From the human T2T-CHM13v2.0 reference genome, Homo sapiens, in assembly GCF_009914755.1 (NCBI RefSeq), contig NC_060929.1: DNA of 64,000 nucleotides; one strand, given 5' to 3'. Below the pieces are notes generated by a model. It was not told the origin of the DNA. It made no database searches and worked only from the letters and a program-made list of their open reading frames with translations. A program made the translations under genes and the position numbers. Below are positions 1 through 18,045 of this stretch, in pieces. How positions within the stretch are numbered: the stretch's first letter is position 1; each line of letters starts with the position of its first letter.

Positions 1-683
<683 letters not shown>

Positions 684-826
684 CTCACTAAAGGTCATAC
701 TCTTAAAAAGTTTGAAAACTTACTAATCTTGAGAGTCATTTTTTAATCTAATGAACTGGTATATAAAGTGTTTAGCCAGTGCATAACAAAATATGATAGG
801 TGCTGTTATTTTACTATCATTTGTAC

Positions 827-1135
827 CTGTTATTTAAAGTCAACAAGAATCCTGATTTGATGTGAATTTATACAGAAATAATTCTGAACTCTACACTCAT
901 TTAACTATCTTTTGAAAAAGATTAATTTGTGTTTATGAATACTTCTGTGGTATTTTGAAGGTTTGCTTTGCAGAAATTATTGTGAAATTTTCTTCTATGT
1001 TTTTGTCTCCCCATTTGTATGGCCTAAGAGCCACCTCTGTTTTCTCATCATAATATTCAGGACAATTTAATATATTTGATTTTTTTAAACTACTTTCTTC
1101 TGTAGTCCAAGATGATTGTAAATTCTCAATTTCAG
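827..1135 (-). pseudogene. Dynein-like exon remnant: after the strut
   Basis: ILNCPEYYDEKTEVALRPYKWGDKNIEENFTIISAKQTF resembles I...RE.Y.P.A.R.S.LYF....L..I..MYQFSL..F; donor cag|gtacaa at 826. Confidence 0.5.
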
Positions 1136-1289
1136 TGGAAAAAGAGACAAGCATATAAAAGTCCTGTGGCAGACACCTCTTGTGCCCTACCTCACATCCT
1201 TTTGTATTTTTACTCCAGCCTTGCTGCAGCAACCAGCTGCTAACAGGTGTAACCTCATTACAGCTCTACAGAATATATTTTGCTTTCTT

Positions 1290-1610
1290 CTCTGACACTG
1301 TGGCATGGGATGTCTGTGGGGAATCAACTTGGAAGTGTGAGAGGGTTAACATACCAGATAAACCTTGATACCTGGTATCAAGGGGATAGAAGCTAATGGA
1401 TAAAAGTTCCTTTCCTGTCCATTGAGCACATAGTCCAGGTATATTCAACATGACTTCTCAGAAGTTCTCAGCAGGGATTGGGTCCCAGCACCCAGAGCAG
1501 TGACCAACTCCAGAACACACCTTTTATTTTGGCTTTCCCTCCTTCCCTGTTTCATATTCTCCAGTATCTTGCTCCCCTTCCCTGGATTACTTGTTCAACA
1601 TAAGCCATAA
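1290..1610 (+). mobile_element. LTR16-like ERVL LTR
   Basis: cagcagggattgggtcccag...ttggctttccctccttccctgtttca matches the LTR16 3' part as I recall it. Confidence 0.6.
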
Positions 1611-1669
1611 AAAATTCAGAACTGTTGTCTCTAACAGATATGAACTCAAAATGTAAATAGTACCAAGTA

Positions 1670-1967
1670 CAGTCATGTGTCACTTGATGACAGGTAGGTC
1701 ATTTCGTCGTCGTGCAAATATCAGAGTGTACTTAGGGAAAACTAGATAGTATAGCCTACTACACACCCTGTCTATATAGTATAGCCCATTACTCCTAGGC
1801 TATAAACCTGTACAGCATGCTATTGTACTGAACTGTATGTAGGCAACTGTAACACAATGGTAAATATTTGTGTTTCTAAGTATATCTAAACAGAAAAGGC
1901 ACAGTGGGACCACCGTCTTATATGCTATTCATTGTTAACTGAAATGTCATTGCATAGCACGTAACTG
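1670..1967. mobile_element. Tigger3/MER7-type DNA transposon
   Basis: cagtcatgtg...gtaactg termini flanked by TA; internal gtatagcctactacacac...ctcctaggctataaacctgtacagcatg. Confidence 0.8.
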
Positions 1968-2954
1968 TAATTAAATCCAACTTACTTTGTAACCGTAGTG
2001 CACGTTGATCCTACTGGCATAAAACTGAGAAATGAAAGACTTGTAAATTTACATGTACTTGTAAAATGTAAGTACATTATCGCTTATTGATAAATGCTGC
2101 TAGCAAATTAACTCCTGGAGACCTTCTTTTCAAACAAGTTTATTACAATTAGCAATGAAGGTGTAAATGTGAATCTAATTAGTCATTTGGCTTAGCCTGT
2201 TTCCAGGCTGATGTCTTCTTTATGTGTTTAACCTTTATAAACATATTGTATGAGAATGAATTTTAAAAAGAAGAAAATTATGAAATATGCCATATGATCT
2301 GACCCTGTTATTTTAGGTATTTTTTAAATAAAGGGACTCTTTGTATGTAGAAAAAAGACTGGAAGGAAACATAAATACAAAATTATAATAATTATTTGGG
2401 TGGTGAGTTGATTTTTATTTTGTTGTTTATGCGTTTTTGTATTTTATGAATTTGCTACATAAAGGGAACATTTTTCTTTAATCAGAACAATATTTAAGTT
2501 TTAAAAAGGAAATTAAGAATGCTAGCTGAATAGTTTCTTTTTCTCAGTAACTGACTGACAGATGGTGCAAAGGACATGACAAAGAAGAGGCCCATCATAA
2601 TAACTACCTCATTTCAATTCAGCAAATATTTATAAAGTGCTGTTGTGCTCTTTTTATCAGATAATTAATGCTTTTTGTCTTTAACATGATTGTTTATATA
2701 AATTCATTTTTACTCTTTACTTTTTTCCATTATTCTTTATATACTTAATTTCTATACCTACTTCTTTGAATGGGTATTGTTTCTAGTTTCTAAAGATTTT
2801 TATTCAAATGTCAGATTATGGAAAGATTTCTATTTTGGACATATTACTCTCATGATGGTTCTCAAATTTTATTTTTATTATAACTTATAAATCTTTCATC
2901 TTAAAATTTCTCTTAGTTACTAATATTTCTCATCTTTGATCTAGACTGTCTAGT

Positions 2955-3150
2955 CCTGTGTTTTCCAGTAAAATATCTACTGTATTGTACATGTAGCTAT
3001 TACAATTTATTTAAAATTAAAATTAAAAATTTAGTTTCTTGGTCACCCTACCACATTGAAATGTTCAGTAGCGATGTAGCTAGTGGCTACCATATTGCAC
3101 AGTACAAATTAGAACATTTCCATTCATCACTGTGTTCAATTGGATAGTAT
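2955..3150 (-). mobile_element. MER3 (hAT-Charlie)
   Basis: atgtagctagtggctaccatattg...agaacatttcca. Confidence 0.7.
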
Positions 3151-3196
3151 TCCTTTAGCCTCACAGTACTTTTTAATTCTAAACTTTCTTTTCATT

Positions 3197-3560
3197 GTAC
3201 ATTAGTTCGTTTTCACATTGCTATAAAGAACTACTGAGACTGGGTAATTTATAAAGAAAAGAGGTTTAATGGACGCACAGTTCCCCATAGCTGGGGAGGC
3301 CTCAGGAAACTTAACAATCATGACAGAAGGCAAAGGGGAAATAAGGCATATCTTAGATGGTAGCAGGAGAGAGAGCAAGGAGGGAAGTACTATACTTTTA
3401 AACCACCAGATTTTGTGAGAACTCACTCACAATCATGAGAACAGCATGGGGAAATCCATCCCCATGATCCAATCACCTCCTACCAGATCCCTCCCCTGAC
3501 ACCTGAGGATTACAATTGAACATCAGATTTGCATGGGTACACAGTGCCACACACTGTGTC
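3197..3560 (-). mobile_element. THE1/MST MaLR solo LTR
   Basis: ttgctataaagaactactgagactgggtaatttataaagaaaagaggtttaat...cccatgatccaatcacctcc. Confidence 0.9.
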
Positions 3561-4019
3561 ACATTGTTTCTGTATTTCTTTTTTCTACATTCCCTTTCAT
3601 ACTGTATTCAATTTTTTAATGGAAAATGTTAATTTCTACTCAAATAATTGTTACCATTTCCTCTCCTAAATTCTTGGATGCTTTGTAGTTTCCATCACTG
3701 AATATTGTCAGCTCTTTTCTTATGCACTGTATTTTTTTTTATCATGGCAAAGAAATTGAAATTGTGGTTCTAATAGCATCTCTAGAAGAATACAGTGGCA
3801 GGCTCTGGAAGGGAGAAGTAGGTAGCTGGGCATGTGTAAGGGGGAGTGTTACTTTTTATCTCAAAATCTTTTGCATCATTCACATTTCATGCCATGTGCC
3901 TATAGTTCTTATTTTAAAAAGAATAATTTTTTCAAGTCCATCGAATTCAAGGTCCACATCAATAACTTGGCCTTAATGTTTAGGTGGTCCCACAAATAAA
4001 TTTAAAATAGAATAAAATC

Positions 4020-5190
4020 TACATTTAAAACTGTGTATTGACAAGGCAGATGGTTTAAAGAAATAGAGATTCCCACATCTTCAGATCAAAGTAATTAAAT
4101 TCATTCCCCAAAATGAAAGGTAAGCCTGTTGCCAGTTGGATATTAAGTATGACAGTGTTATATATTTAAAATTTAGAAATGACTGCTTTTATTTGTTATA
4201 GGCCAAGTCTTTTGATTTTGATTACCTAAATAATCTTGGATAACTTTAAAGCCTGGCTACCATAGTAATAAATAACCTACACAATATAAAACAGTAATAC
4301 AGCTCAATGTATTCTGCACTAAGTGTGCCCCAAGTCCTATGCATCCAATCATATTGTTAGCATAGAAATTCAATTATACAGAAAGAGAAATAATACAGTA
4401 GTACCAAAGGAAAGATCCATTTCTGAGGGAAGGTGTGGAAAGATCTTCTGCTTAAAATAAGTGTCATAAATCTAGGTATTTGCTTAACTTGATTTCTTTT
4501 TTATTTAAAAAAATATGTTTTTCTTTCATTCGTTTTCAAAGTATGAAAAACATTTGGGTTAAAAATTGATTGCTTTTCATCTTTAATGTATGAAGTTCTT
4601 GCTATGTAGTAATAAAATTAAATGTTTTCTGATTTGCACAACTGGATATAAGGTGAAATGTTGAAAGGAAAATAAAGTTTTTGTGACAGGTCCTGTCTTC
4701 AAACTGTTTCTAGCTTTTCTATAATTATCTGTTTTGACAATGTCTCTTCTTAAAACAAGAAAAAGGTTTATTTTAGTGAGGATTAATAAGCATAAGTTTT
4801 CAGTAATTGTCTCCTTCACAAAGTCAAACTAATTGTATGACGGATTAGCACCAAGTTACATGGCAGTTTATCATAAAAACATTTCATTATGTATGTGTTC
4901 GTTGAAAATAATCTCACTAATAAGATTTTCTGTAGAATGATTTCCACACTTTAATTACCAAATTGATGTTGTTATCAGTAAATTTACATCACATTGTGAT
5001 TTAAATGTAATAATTTTTAAAAGTCAGTACGTATTTTCACACCAGAATAATACTTGCTAACAAAATTTATTTGCGTATTGGCAAAATACTTACATGTAAT
5101 AAGTCCAGTGACATATTCAGGGAAGATTAATACATTCCATGGATTCACCTAAGAAAACATCACAGTTGCCTCTGAATTTAAGAAGGAAAA
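4020..5190 (-). pseudogene. Dynein-like exon remnants: end of stalk coiled coil 2 and AAA5
   Basis: VNPWNVL...cat|gtaagt (5093); acceptor ttgttttaag| at 4749. MTLILSRRSFPHLPLRNGSFLW...IISLSV*LNFYANNMIGCIGLGAHLVQN resembles S.RWPL.IDPQ.QA..W...I.LSD..F...LE.AI..G..VLIEN; IKRLGL*QIKAVISKF*IYNT resembles IRLGD.EI....FRLY.TT. Confidence 0.68.
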
Positions 5191-5194
5191 GCAC

Positions 5195-8197
<3,003 letters not shown>

Positions 8198-8520
8198 GGA
8201 AAAGTACTTATAAGTAAAAAATAATAGTAGAAAATAAATGCTATTATCATACACTATGCAAATAAAACCCAGCTTTTTGTTCAACCTAGGCATGTTAAAA
8301 AGACTTTCTAATTCTAATATTACAAGTATCCTTGAGAAAATTTTCCAGATAAGAGCTGTTCTAATTCCTGCCACACTTAAAAGATAACTTAGTATAAAAG
8401 AAAAGAAACATTCTCAAGAATTATTCTAGAAAACATTCATCTAATCTGAATACCACGAAGCTTTTTATTGCCAGAATGCAAAGGAACCAACCTTGATGTC
8501 TTTTAAAAAAATGGTTTTAC

Positions 8521-9050
8521 CTAGCAAATGGTAAGACAAACTTTTAGTTTGTATCTTTAACTGGTACTTTTCAAGGAATTGACTATCACTGTTGCTGAAA
8601 CTTGTACTTAAATATGTAACACAAATATCACTTTCCTTGAAATGAGTTATGAATTGCCATCCCAGAGGATATCAGTAGAACCCAGGGTACAAGTTCCCAA
8701 CTTTTGGGGTGCTCTGGCATCACAAGACTCTTCCTAAATTTGTTGTATGGCATGTAATTCATTTTGAAAAGGGAACAGTAGATTTTGAAACCATCAAAAT
8801 TCTTGAGAAACAGGATTTGGATGCACTCTTGGTTATCATGAAAGCAACATTACAGGTTATTGAACCGGAAGAATTTCCCCAGAGATCTTATATAACTTGC
8901 CTGACTCACTTGCCATATTGCAGTGTTCAGTCAAGCCCAGTCCAAGATTTTCTGACAAGTCTGGTTCAGCAATGCCTGACTTGATGTGTTTTTTCGGAGA
9001 AGGAGTCAATGAGATTTACCTTCCCTCCCTCTAAATTACTTCTTATAGTG
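8521..9050 (-). pseudogene. Dynein-like exon remnant: stalk microtubule-binding domain
   Basis: ~73 stop-free codons (8850-8630). LFLKNFDGFKI...FRKSLVMPEHPKSWELVPWV resembles L.NFDK..I...F.PE.V...S.A...L..WV; donor ag|gtaaaa at 8520. Confidence 0.65.
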
Positions 9051-9369
9051 AAGGGTTTGTTTGATTCCCTTAATATTCATTTGATCTCTGAGAAGGAACA
9101 TTGTTCCAGGGAAAACTAGCAGTAGGCCCCAAAAAGGAAGACTCTAAAATTTATTCAACAAATAACTTATAAATGCCTATTCTGTGTTAGATGTTGGAGA
9201 TATAGAGGAGAATCTGCAGATGGCCAAGGGAGTTTATGCTCCAGTGAGAAAGACAGACACATAACAATACGAAACAGTACCAGAAATGGGACATTACAAA
9301 TGTGAAAACAGGTTCAACCTTCTTTAGGCTGAAAACTGAAGGATAAAAAAGGAATACACGAGAGAGTAG

Positions 9370-10330
9370 CATGACACTAAAGCCAGATACTATGATGAAA
9401 AGATTGACAAATTTGACAACATAAGAAGTTTCTACTTTTTGATAGTTAAAATCCTAGACAAAGTTAAGCCAAAGACTGAGGGGAAAAGTTTTAAAATACA
9501 GAATAAAGACTTCTCTTTTTTGTATTGACAAAGTTGTGGGGAAACAGGTATTCTCATTCACCATAGATACAGGTGTAAGTTGATGTTAACTTTTTTTTCT
9601 TTTTTTTTTTTTTGAGACAGGGTCTCACTTTCTTTCCCAGGCTGGAGTGCAGTGGAAAGATCATAGCTAACAGTAACCTCAAACTCCTAGGCTCAAGCAA
9701 TTCATCCTCTTCAGCCTGGCACAGGCCACCACGCCCAGCTAATTGTGTTGTTTTTTTGGGGGGTTTTTTGGTTTGTTTTTTATGTTTGTTGTAGAGACAG
9801 GGTCTCACTTTGTTGCCCAAAATGGATGTTAACTCTTTAGAGAGCAATTTTCCAAATATATGAGAAACTTTTAATGCAGCAATTCCAGTTCTGAGAAGGT
9901 ATCCTAAAGAATGAATGGCAAATGTATACAAATTTTATACAAGAATGTTGTTTGTAGTATTGTAAAATATGAACCATTCTAAACATTCATCTATAGGGGA
10001 TTGAACGAATAAATTACAATGGAATACTAACTAGTATGCAGCCATTATGAAGGATAATGTACACCTATATATATTGACACAAAAAAGATGTCTGAAAAAT
10101 ATTGAGTGAAAAGCAGTTTATGGAATAGTATTCGTAGTATATATTTTATCTATAATTATAAACATGTAAATGGGATACACTATATTTATATTATAAACAC
10201 ATGTATATGCAGGGGGAAGTCTATAATGATTAGACTTTTTAACAGTGGATATGAAATTATGAGATATTTTCTATTTTGTAGATTTCTGTTGTTTACATTT
10301 CTGTATTTTTTTCAAGATGTATTACTTTTG
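9370..10330 (+). mobile_element. Old L1M 3' fragments containing an AluJ-like insert (9590-9820, minus)
   Basis: Degenerate L1 3' motifs (ggggaaacaggtattctca, gcagcaattcca, atgcagccatt); Alu flanked by TSD gatgttaact. Confidence 0.7.
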
Positions 10331-10529
10331 CAGCTAAAAGAACAGTGATTTCCATTTTAAGAAAGAGAAAAGAACATTCTGAAGGAGCTTTTAAAAGTTC
10401 TGCTTTTCCCCTTGGCAAATATGTACTCCCACACTATTTCAAGTTTCTTGTTTCTTTGCTAAACCAAAATGGCAAGCGGATTAAATGAGAAGTATATGGC
10501 AACACAGCCAGTCACCTATTTACTTACAT

Positions 10530-10700
10530 TCACTAGCTGTGTGATTTGTCTATTTATAGTTTGTTTCTTCCTACTAGAATCTAAGCTTCATGAAAGCAGG
10601 ACTGTGTTTTGGTCCCTGCCATCTCTCGAGGATTTAGAACAGTACCTGGCTCAGAGTTCATGCTCAATAATATTGAGTGATTGTGTACATGAATAAGTGA
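10530..10700 (+). mobile_element. L2 3' end
   Basis: ctagaatctaagcttcatgaaagcagg...agaacagtacctggctcagag...tgctcaataa. Confidence 0.75.
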
Positions 10701-11062
10701 AAGAAAGAGGGCTTCAGCCTAGGTCTTTTGGTGGGTTCCTTCTTTACCCTTGATTCTCCGTCTCCTTTGTTCTTATTTCCCAGTGATCTTTTTGCTTCCC
10801 TCCCCCACCTCCTTTGAGAATTCTCACCTCAATTTGTTTCTTCATATTGCTGTCTCCATCACTGCTGGAACATCGCTGAGCCTCTCTTTTTCTCCTGACA
10901 CCAAACTTAAAGGAAGCCTGTCTCCTGGGCTACCACTGATACCCACTTGTACTTACACCTGATGGCCCAACCCTTAGAATTCACTCTACAACCCTAATTA
11001 GTAGTCTAGCCTTTTCAGTTTCTCTTAGCAGAAGAGATGTTAGTGTGGTTCCTCCCTTTTAC

Positions 11063-12068
11063 CTTTCCTTCCTTCCCATAATGTTATTTCAACTGGTTTC
11101 ATCAGCTGCTGCTCTGCTTGGGAATTCTACTCCCTTCTCAGTATAGTTGTTTCGAGTAGTAACTGCTTGTTAGTGCTATTCACATTGCCTGAAGTGGATT
11201 TTATTGTTATTGCTGCTGTAGTGTTTGTGGTTTATCTGACTGCTGTACTTCTAGTTGGCCACAAGGTCACATTTTCCAAATTCCTGCTACTGTATCACTT
11301 TATATCCTAGGTTATCCTCTTAATCCCACCTTCTCCAATCCCATAATAAGAAGGGAAAAGCTTGCACTGTCTTCATAATGGTGGCGGGGGTGGGGGCAAT
11401 AGAGTCCTGAGATCCATTTTAAGTAAGGGGCACTTGCCTATCTGCCTTCCCACAGTATCCTTGCCTCTTTTGAGAAACAACACCAGTAGTCCTTCTGAGA
11501 TGTAAGCAACCTCTTTCCAAGTTTTGGTCAGTCACAGGCACTATGGATGATGTATTGTAACCCATCATATTTGTATTTGTTATTGTAGTTGTGCTACGCT
11601 GTGGGTAAATTCCTTAATGTGTACTAGACAGGGAATATAACCACCATTATAGCACTATTTCTTTGGGGAAAAAAAAGTGTTTTGGGTCCAAAATAGTTGG
11701 TTGACTTTAACTTTCTTACCTTAAGCTATTCCTAAGTTAGGAAGTCCTTATATGAGTGGTGATATATTTTAAGCCACATACTTGGTGATTGATAGGTGGC
11801 AGGTACACAAAGAAAAATAGAGAAATATTTTTTCTTACTTAATTTTCAAAAGTAGTAAACCGAGTCATTTTACCACATTGATGTTTTTAAACTAGTATAA
11901 ATTTCCAAGAATATAAATAAGTTTGTATCTATCTTTTCTCAATTTTCAGCGTTACAAAGGGAAGGGGTATAAGCAATTTAAAAAAAGGACTTCCTTTATT
12001 AATGATGGAATATGATATATTCTTGATTAGCTATTTAAGTTTACATTTGGATTTATAATACAACTGCA
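11063..12068 (-). pseudogene. Dynein-like exon remnants: end of AAA4 into stalk coiled coil 1
   Basis: Four segments separated by ~70-96 nt introns (11624-11719 is GTAAGA...CTAG). IPSLIKEVLFLNCLYPFP resembles FPALIN...DWF.PWP; GRQI|GLEKV resembles RL..GLEKL, followed by Q/E-rich sequence. Confidence 0.62.
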
Positions 12069-12804
12069 CTATACAAAGTCAGATTATCAGTCAACAGTGA
12101 TTGCCCTCTCAGATGGTCTACTAAAAAGGAAACCAATTAACAGTGAGTAAACACAGACAGAGCCACATTCATTCATTTCGCAAATATGTGTTAAGCACCG
12201 ATTATGTGCTAGACATTGTTGTAGGCCCTGAATTGTGGGAGACAGAAAGGCATAAAGGGCAGGCAAAAACCTATTTTCATACAGCCAGCATAATACATAC
12301 ACTTTTACCCTCTGCCCTAGCAATCTAAGTTCTAGTAGAAATCTACTAAAAATTATCTGGTGAAAATACGTAATTTGGCATAATTTATAGGGCTAATTGT
12401 AATAGTAGTAGTAAATACGTCATAGTAAAAGAGCAGAAACAACCCAAATATCTATTAGTAAGCCATGATATAGCTACACAATGGAGTCCTATGAGGCTAA
12501 AAAGGAGTGATGAAAATATCCTTCTATAGAATGTTCGTGATATATTGTCAAGTAAAAAAAGTAAGATGAAAAACAGTTGATAGTACCTTTTATGTAAGGG
12601 TGGAGAAAGAGATGCACATGTATTTGCTTATTTTATAAAGAAAAAATGGGAGGATAAACAGAAAATTAATAAAAATGACAGGTAGAGGGAGGGAACAGAG
12701 TAGAAGAGCAAGGATGGAAGCTAGACTTCTTTTATTATATCTGGTATAATTTTGCCTTTGGAACTATATAGATGTTTTACACAATTTCAAAATACATTAA
12801 TCCC

Positions 12805-13183
<379 letters not shown>

Positions 13184-13934
13184 TCACACAGGAAAAAATG
13201 ATTTCACATGACTTTAAGACATTGTACATCAGTGAGTGTATTCATTATTTATCCTTTTTTAAAATTTTAAAAAATGTTTGTCTTACTCTTCTTACTATCA
13301 TTCCCAATTCAGTGAGTATATTCCAAGGACAAAAAGAAAGGAATACAAAGAAATCCTCAACTATATTTAATAATTTTCTTAGCAGTAATATTGGCATTTT
13401 TATTTTACACACATATTTAAAATAAATATATTAATATTCTCAGGAACCAAAGCTTATAGCATAAAAGAAATTAAATAAAAACCTACAATATTAAATTTGA
13501 ATTGGAAATGTCATTATGAACTAATGACATATTTTTTCTGAAAAAAAAAAAAGCATATTTCCTACTTCGGTCCACTGGAAAGACCTAACAGCAATGACAG
13601 TCCAGTAGCAATTAACATCTCATCTCAGACTATGAACTTTTTACCATTTTCTATTCTAAGGAGCCAGGGCTCCTTAGAGAAATAGCTGATGTCAAGTCTC
13701 GGGCAGGAAATGTACAAGGAGAGTCTAGGACATCTTTTTACACCAGAGAGCAAAGAAACCAAGAAGATTATGTCAAAAGGATATAGGAGCCAACTGGAAG
13801 GGGCTCCCACTGGCCAAAGATGGGTCAAGTTTGAGCATCAAAAATAGAAATACTAACCAAAACAATTGATTGAAACATTCAAATATATAAATATGAGTTC
13901 ATTATATTAAAACATATTAATTGGTCATGTGTGA

Positions 13935-14095
13935 TCTCTGGACCAGAAGCATCAGAATCACCTAGTAACTTGTTAGATGTGCACATCAGGGGCCCTATCC
14001 TCAGTTATTGAATCACAAGGTAGAGCCCATCAATCTGTGTTTTAATAAGTTTCCAGGTGATTCTAAAGCATACCGAAGTTTGAGAACCACTGCTC
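13935..14095. mobile_element. MER5A
   Basis: ggaccagaagcatcagaatcacc...ccaggtgattct...gtttgagaaccactg. Confidence 0.8.
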
Positions 14096-14402
14096 TGGAT
14101 ATAATTGCCAGTTTACATGAAATACAAGGGTAAAGAAACATGTTAGATGATACCACCAAGGCTGTAATTAGCCAGAATCACGTGGGCAAGGCTACAGAAT
14201 TAATGACCTTTACTAATAAATCAGTAGGATTGGGGTGGATTGTGTATTTTTAGCTGCTGGCCTTCTCAAACTAAGTGGATATAGGAGCTTGAGGGTCTCA
14301 CCATTTGGAATGCAGATTTTTACTTAGCCATCTTCCACTATCCCCATTTACAGTGTGGCACTTCAACCTAGCCCTCTTCTTGGTCCCTACATCTAAGCCT
14401 GT

Positions 14403-14405
<3 letters not shown>

Positions 14406-14454
<49 letters not shown>
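14406..14454. repeat. (TA)n microsatellite
   Basis: Perfect TA run. Confidence 0.98.
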
Positions 14455-14456
<2 letters not shown>

Positions 14457-14999
14457 AGGGTGGATTGCTTTTTTTCTCACCAGTATCCCTGTTTGCAAAC
14501 ATTTAGGATTGTTCCTTTTCTACTCTGCTGAATTATTTGTTGTTCTATTTATTTCCATCTTTTTATGTTGTCATTTGCTATTTTAGATGACACTCTGTTT
14601 ATCAAAAAAGGGCTTTGAGTTTTTCTAATCTTGGTATCTCTTTTATTTAAGGGGTAGGTTTTCAAAAGGAGTAGGGGAAATTTTGGGACTCTTGAACTGG
14701 AAAGTCTGTTTCCCAATTTGATTTGACCATACAACTTTTTGGCATGTCAAGCACCTTTTAATTTCCTGGAAAGCTAGTGTGATCTATGGAAGACTTATTT
14801 GGGAAGTGTTTCCTCTCTCTCCAGTACAGTCTGCATCTGCCTCCATAACCTCCTTCAAACTTCTCTCTCAAGGTCACCAAATACCTCTTTAATGCTAAGT
14901 CCGTTGAATATGTCTCAATTCTAACCCCACCTGCATTTCATAGAGTTAACTGCCTCCCGTCTTGAATTTCCTTCCCCTTGTGGCTTCTTTACTTAATTT

Positions 15000-15330
15000 T
15001 GTGTTCCCTTCAAACCAGGATCTGAGACAAGGATTTGGATACAAGTAACTTATTTGCAAGGCCACTTCTAAAAGCATTAGAGTTGAACAGTAAGAAAGGG
15101 AAAAAAAGAAAGTCACTAAAAGGTGCCTTAATAAGCTGGTTAAATGCTGTGGGCAAACGAGCTCAGTTTTGCCAGCAGCCCTCTGAGAGACTGCGGAACA
15201 CATCACAGAGTTGTTCCATTGAAGAGCAAGGAAGCTGGGGTATTTATCCACCAATTTCTCACTAAGGCTCACTCCTGGGGAGTGTTAATAACTCCCTGGT
15301 ATTTTCATCCTGCCCATTATATAAGGTGAA
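15000..15330 (-). mobile_element. LTR16-like ERVL LTR among L2 fragments
   Basis: ctgagacaaggatttggatacaagtaacttatttg...ctgtgggcaaacgagctcag. Confidence 0.65.
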
Positions 15331-16159
15331 TATGGTCCTCAGACCAAGAACTGCAGAAGTTTGAAGTAAGAAACAAGCTTCATCTAAATAAGCTATTTAG
15401 AAAGCTACAGAGTAAGCTGAGAGAATATGGATGAGGCATCAATATTTACTACTTTTACCAATGCCGTTTTTATTATCCCCTCACTTTCTAGACCATTCTT
15501 TCTCAACATGTTGTTGGTTCCTGTTTTTCCCTTACCTCTTAAATTTTGGTGGTCCACATGAAGTATCTGTTCTTGACCTTTGGCTCTTCTTCTCTACTAT
15601 TTCTCTGGACAATCTCATCCTTGTCTTGGCTTCAGCCACTACATATACTTCCAGATTTCCAGCACTGGCCTCTCTCTTGAGCTAGACCCATGGAGTCATT
15701 TATTCATTCAACAAATTATTTTTCAACACTTACATAATATGCTAAACTTGATGCCTGGAATGTTAACAGTGAACTATACATATTCCTGGCCCTTGGAGTT
15801 TATATTCTAGTCAAGCCATATAAACAAATACATAAATAATAAGGATTATGAGATATGATAAGTGCTACAAAGTAAACTGGGTGTTGTTCTTATGTCTGGT
15901 TGGAAAGATCACTTTACATAGATTAGCCAGGGAAGTTCTCTTTAAGTTATTGGTCTTCCCTGAAGTATGAGATTTAGCTAGCCATGTGAAGAACTGAAAG
16001 AAAAAGACTTTCCAGCAGAGAGCTAAAAGAGGCCAAGTGAAATACAGTGTGTTTAAAGAACAAAGAAGCTAGTGAGGTTGAAGTATAATAACCAAAGCAG
16101 AAAATGACATGAAATGAGATTGGAGAGGTCGGCAGCAATTGGGTCATTTGGAGCCTTGT

Positions 16160-16560
16160 TGTGTTCTTCAGAAGCAGACATTGAGATAAAAGGTATTTAT
16201 TAGGCATCCTTATGAAAGGAAGAGGAAGAAAATAGGAATGGACAGAGGACAAAGTCGAAATGTGATGTAGGCCCAACAAAGCTTCAGCCAATTTAGTAGG
16301 AAGCTCTGGAGCAAGTATTGCCCATCAGAGTCTTTGTACATCTGGTTGAAATAGCTGGGCCTTTATGGCCCTGCCTGCCTGCCTTATTCAGTTACTGGAT
16401 GTGGGCTGCTCTGGAAAACCATTAGAAAGGTGGCTACAAGCTGTGGCACATGCTAAAATTGTTGACAGCTGCAGACTGTCTGCTCACAGCATTCACTGCA
16501 GCTGGGAAGCAAGTCCTTCCTTGAAGAAGGGCTTATCCAAATATCTCCATATTTGCCACA
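16160..16560 (-). mobile_element. LTR33-like ERVL LTR
   Basis: gaagcagacattgaga...tgtgatgtaggcccaacaaagcttcagcc...gaagctctggagc. Confidence 0.55.
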
Positions 16561-17477
16561 GGCAAGTTTGGATTTTGTTGCAAGGACCCATTTAAAGGGT
16601 TGTTAGTGAGAAGTGGCATGAAAGGTCACTCTGATTTCTATGTGGACATTAGATCATAGAGGACCAAGGAGACTTATTAGGAGGCAATAATAGTCCAAGC
16701 AAGAAATGCTATTGGCCATAGAGATAAAGAGAAATGCACAATTCAAGATAAATTTTGAAGGAAGAATTGATAAAATTTAGTGCTAGGTAAATGTAGGAGG
16801 TAAAGAAAAATAGGAATCATTTAAGTAAATGTATACAGTTGCGTAAGGGAAGGTGATTTAGCTGCTGCTGGCTAAAGTGCTTCTTCCCACCATGAGGACA
16901 TCCCAGTAACAGCCTCCTCCCCCCCAGATCGTGCCCACTGGTGTGCATTTGATATGTCACAGAGACTACTTTGAGAGTATAGTAATTAACTTTTAGGACT
17001 TCCGGTTAGCTGGAAGGCTCCTCTCTATGTTCATGAAGTAGGGTGTTGCCTTGGAGCTTGCTTTTATCTTAGCATGTGAGGAAAGGGAGACCAGGCCCTA
17101 TTGAAACAAGGCAAACCTTCTAGGGGTCAGGGAAACACTGTAGTCAGGCAGCAGGATACCTGTATGCAAAGCCATGTGTGTGGCTTGCTGAGAACTGTGC
17201 AAAGAGTAATAAGTAGTAGAAGGAAAATATGGTGGAGGCAGAAACTTGTTTCAAGTGTAGTCTAATTGTATGGCCTTAAGTTAGCCCTCTGAGCCTAAGG
17301 CATCTTTGGACATATTTAATTTAACATGTTTGTTAGACATCCACCTCCACCCAGTTAGTTGGCTATATTATTCTGGAGCTTGGGGAGCAGTCAGGCTTGA
17401 AATGAATTTGAGCTTCTTCAGCATATGTAGACAATATTTAAACTTGGGATAAGAAATGATTACTTTGAGAGAGAATA

Positions 17478-17864
17478 CAGATACTCCTTAACTTACCATG
17501 AGGTTATATCCCGATAAACCCATTGTTAAATCAAAAATACATTTAATACACCTAACTTACCAAATTCATAGCTTAGCCTAGTCGACCTTAAACCTGCTCA
17601 GGACACTTACATTAGCCTGCAGTTGGGCAAAATCATCTAGTAACACAGTACACTGTAGAGTGTGGATTGTCTACCCTTGTGATCAAAGTGATGACTGGGA
17701 GCTGCTGCTCAATGCCACCACCTAGCATGATGAGAAGGTATTGTATGGCATATCACTAGCCTGGGAAGAGATCAGAATTCAGAATTTGAAAATACAGTTT
17801 CAACTGAAGGCATGTCGCTTTTGCACTGTCATAAGTTGAATCATTGTAAGTCAGGGACCGTCTG
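17478..17864. mobile_element. Tigger5/MER47-type DNA transposon
   Basis: TIRs cagatactccttaacttac...gtaagtcagggaccgtctg, TA on both flanks. Confidence 0.82.
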
Positions 17865-18045
17865 TATAGTAAAAAAGAGGGCTAGAATTGAGTCCTTGAA
17901 GCATTTCAGTGTTCTGAAGTTTGGCCAAGAAGGAGCTAACAGTTTGATAAAAAGATATTTGGATATTTTACAGACAACTTAAATTTGGTATGTTTAAAGC
18001 AGAACTCTTTTTCTGTTTCCTACCATGGTTAATGGCATTATCTGT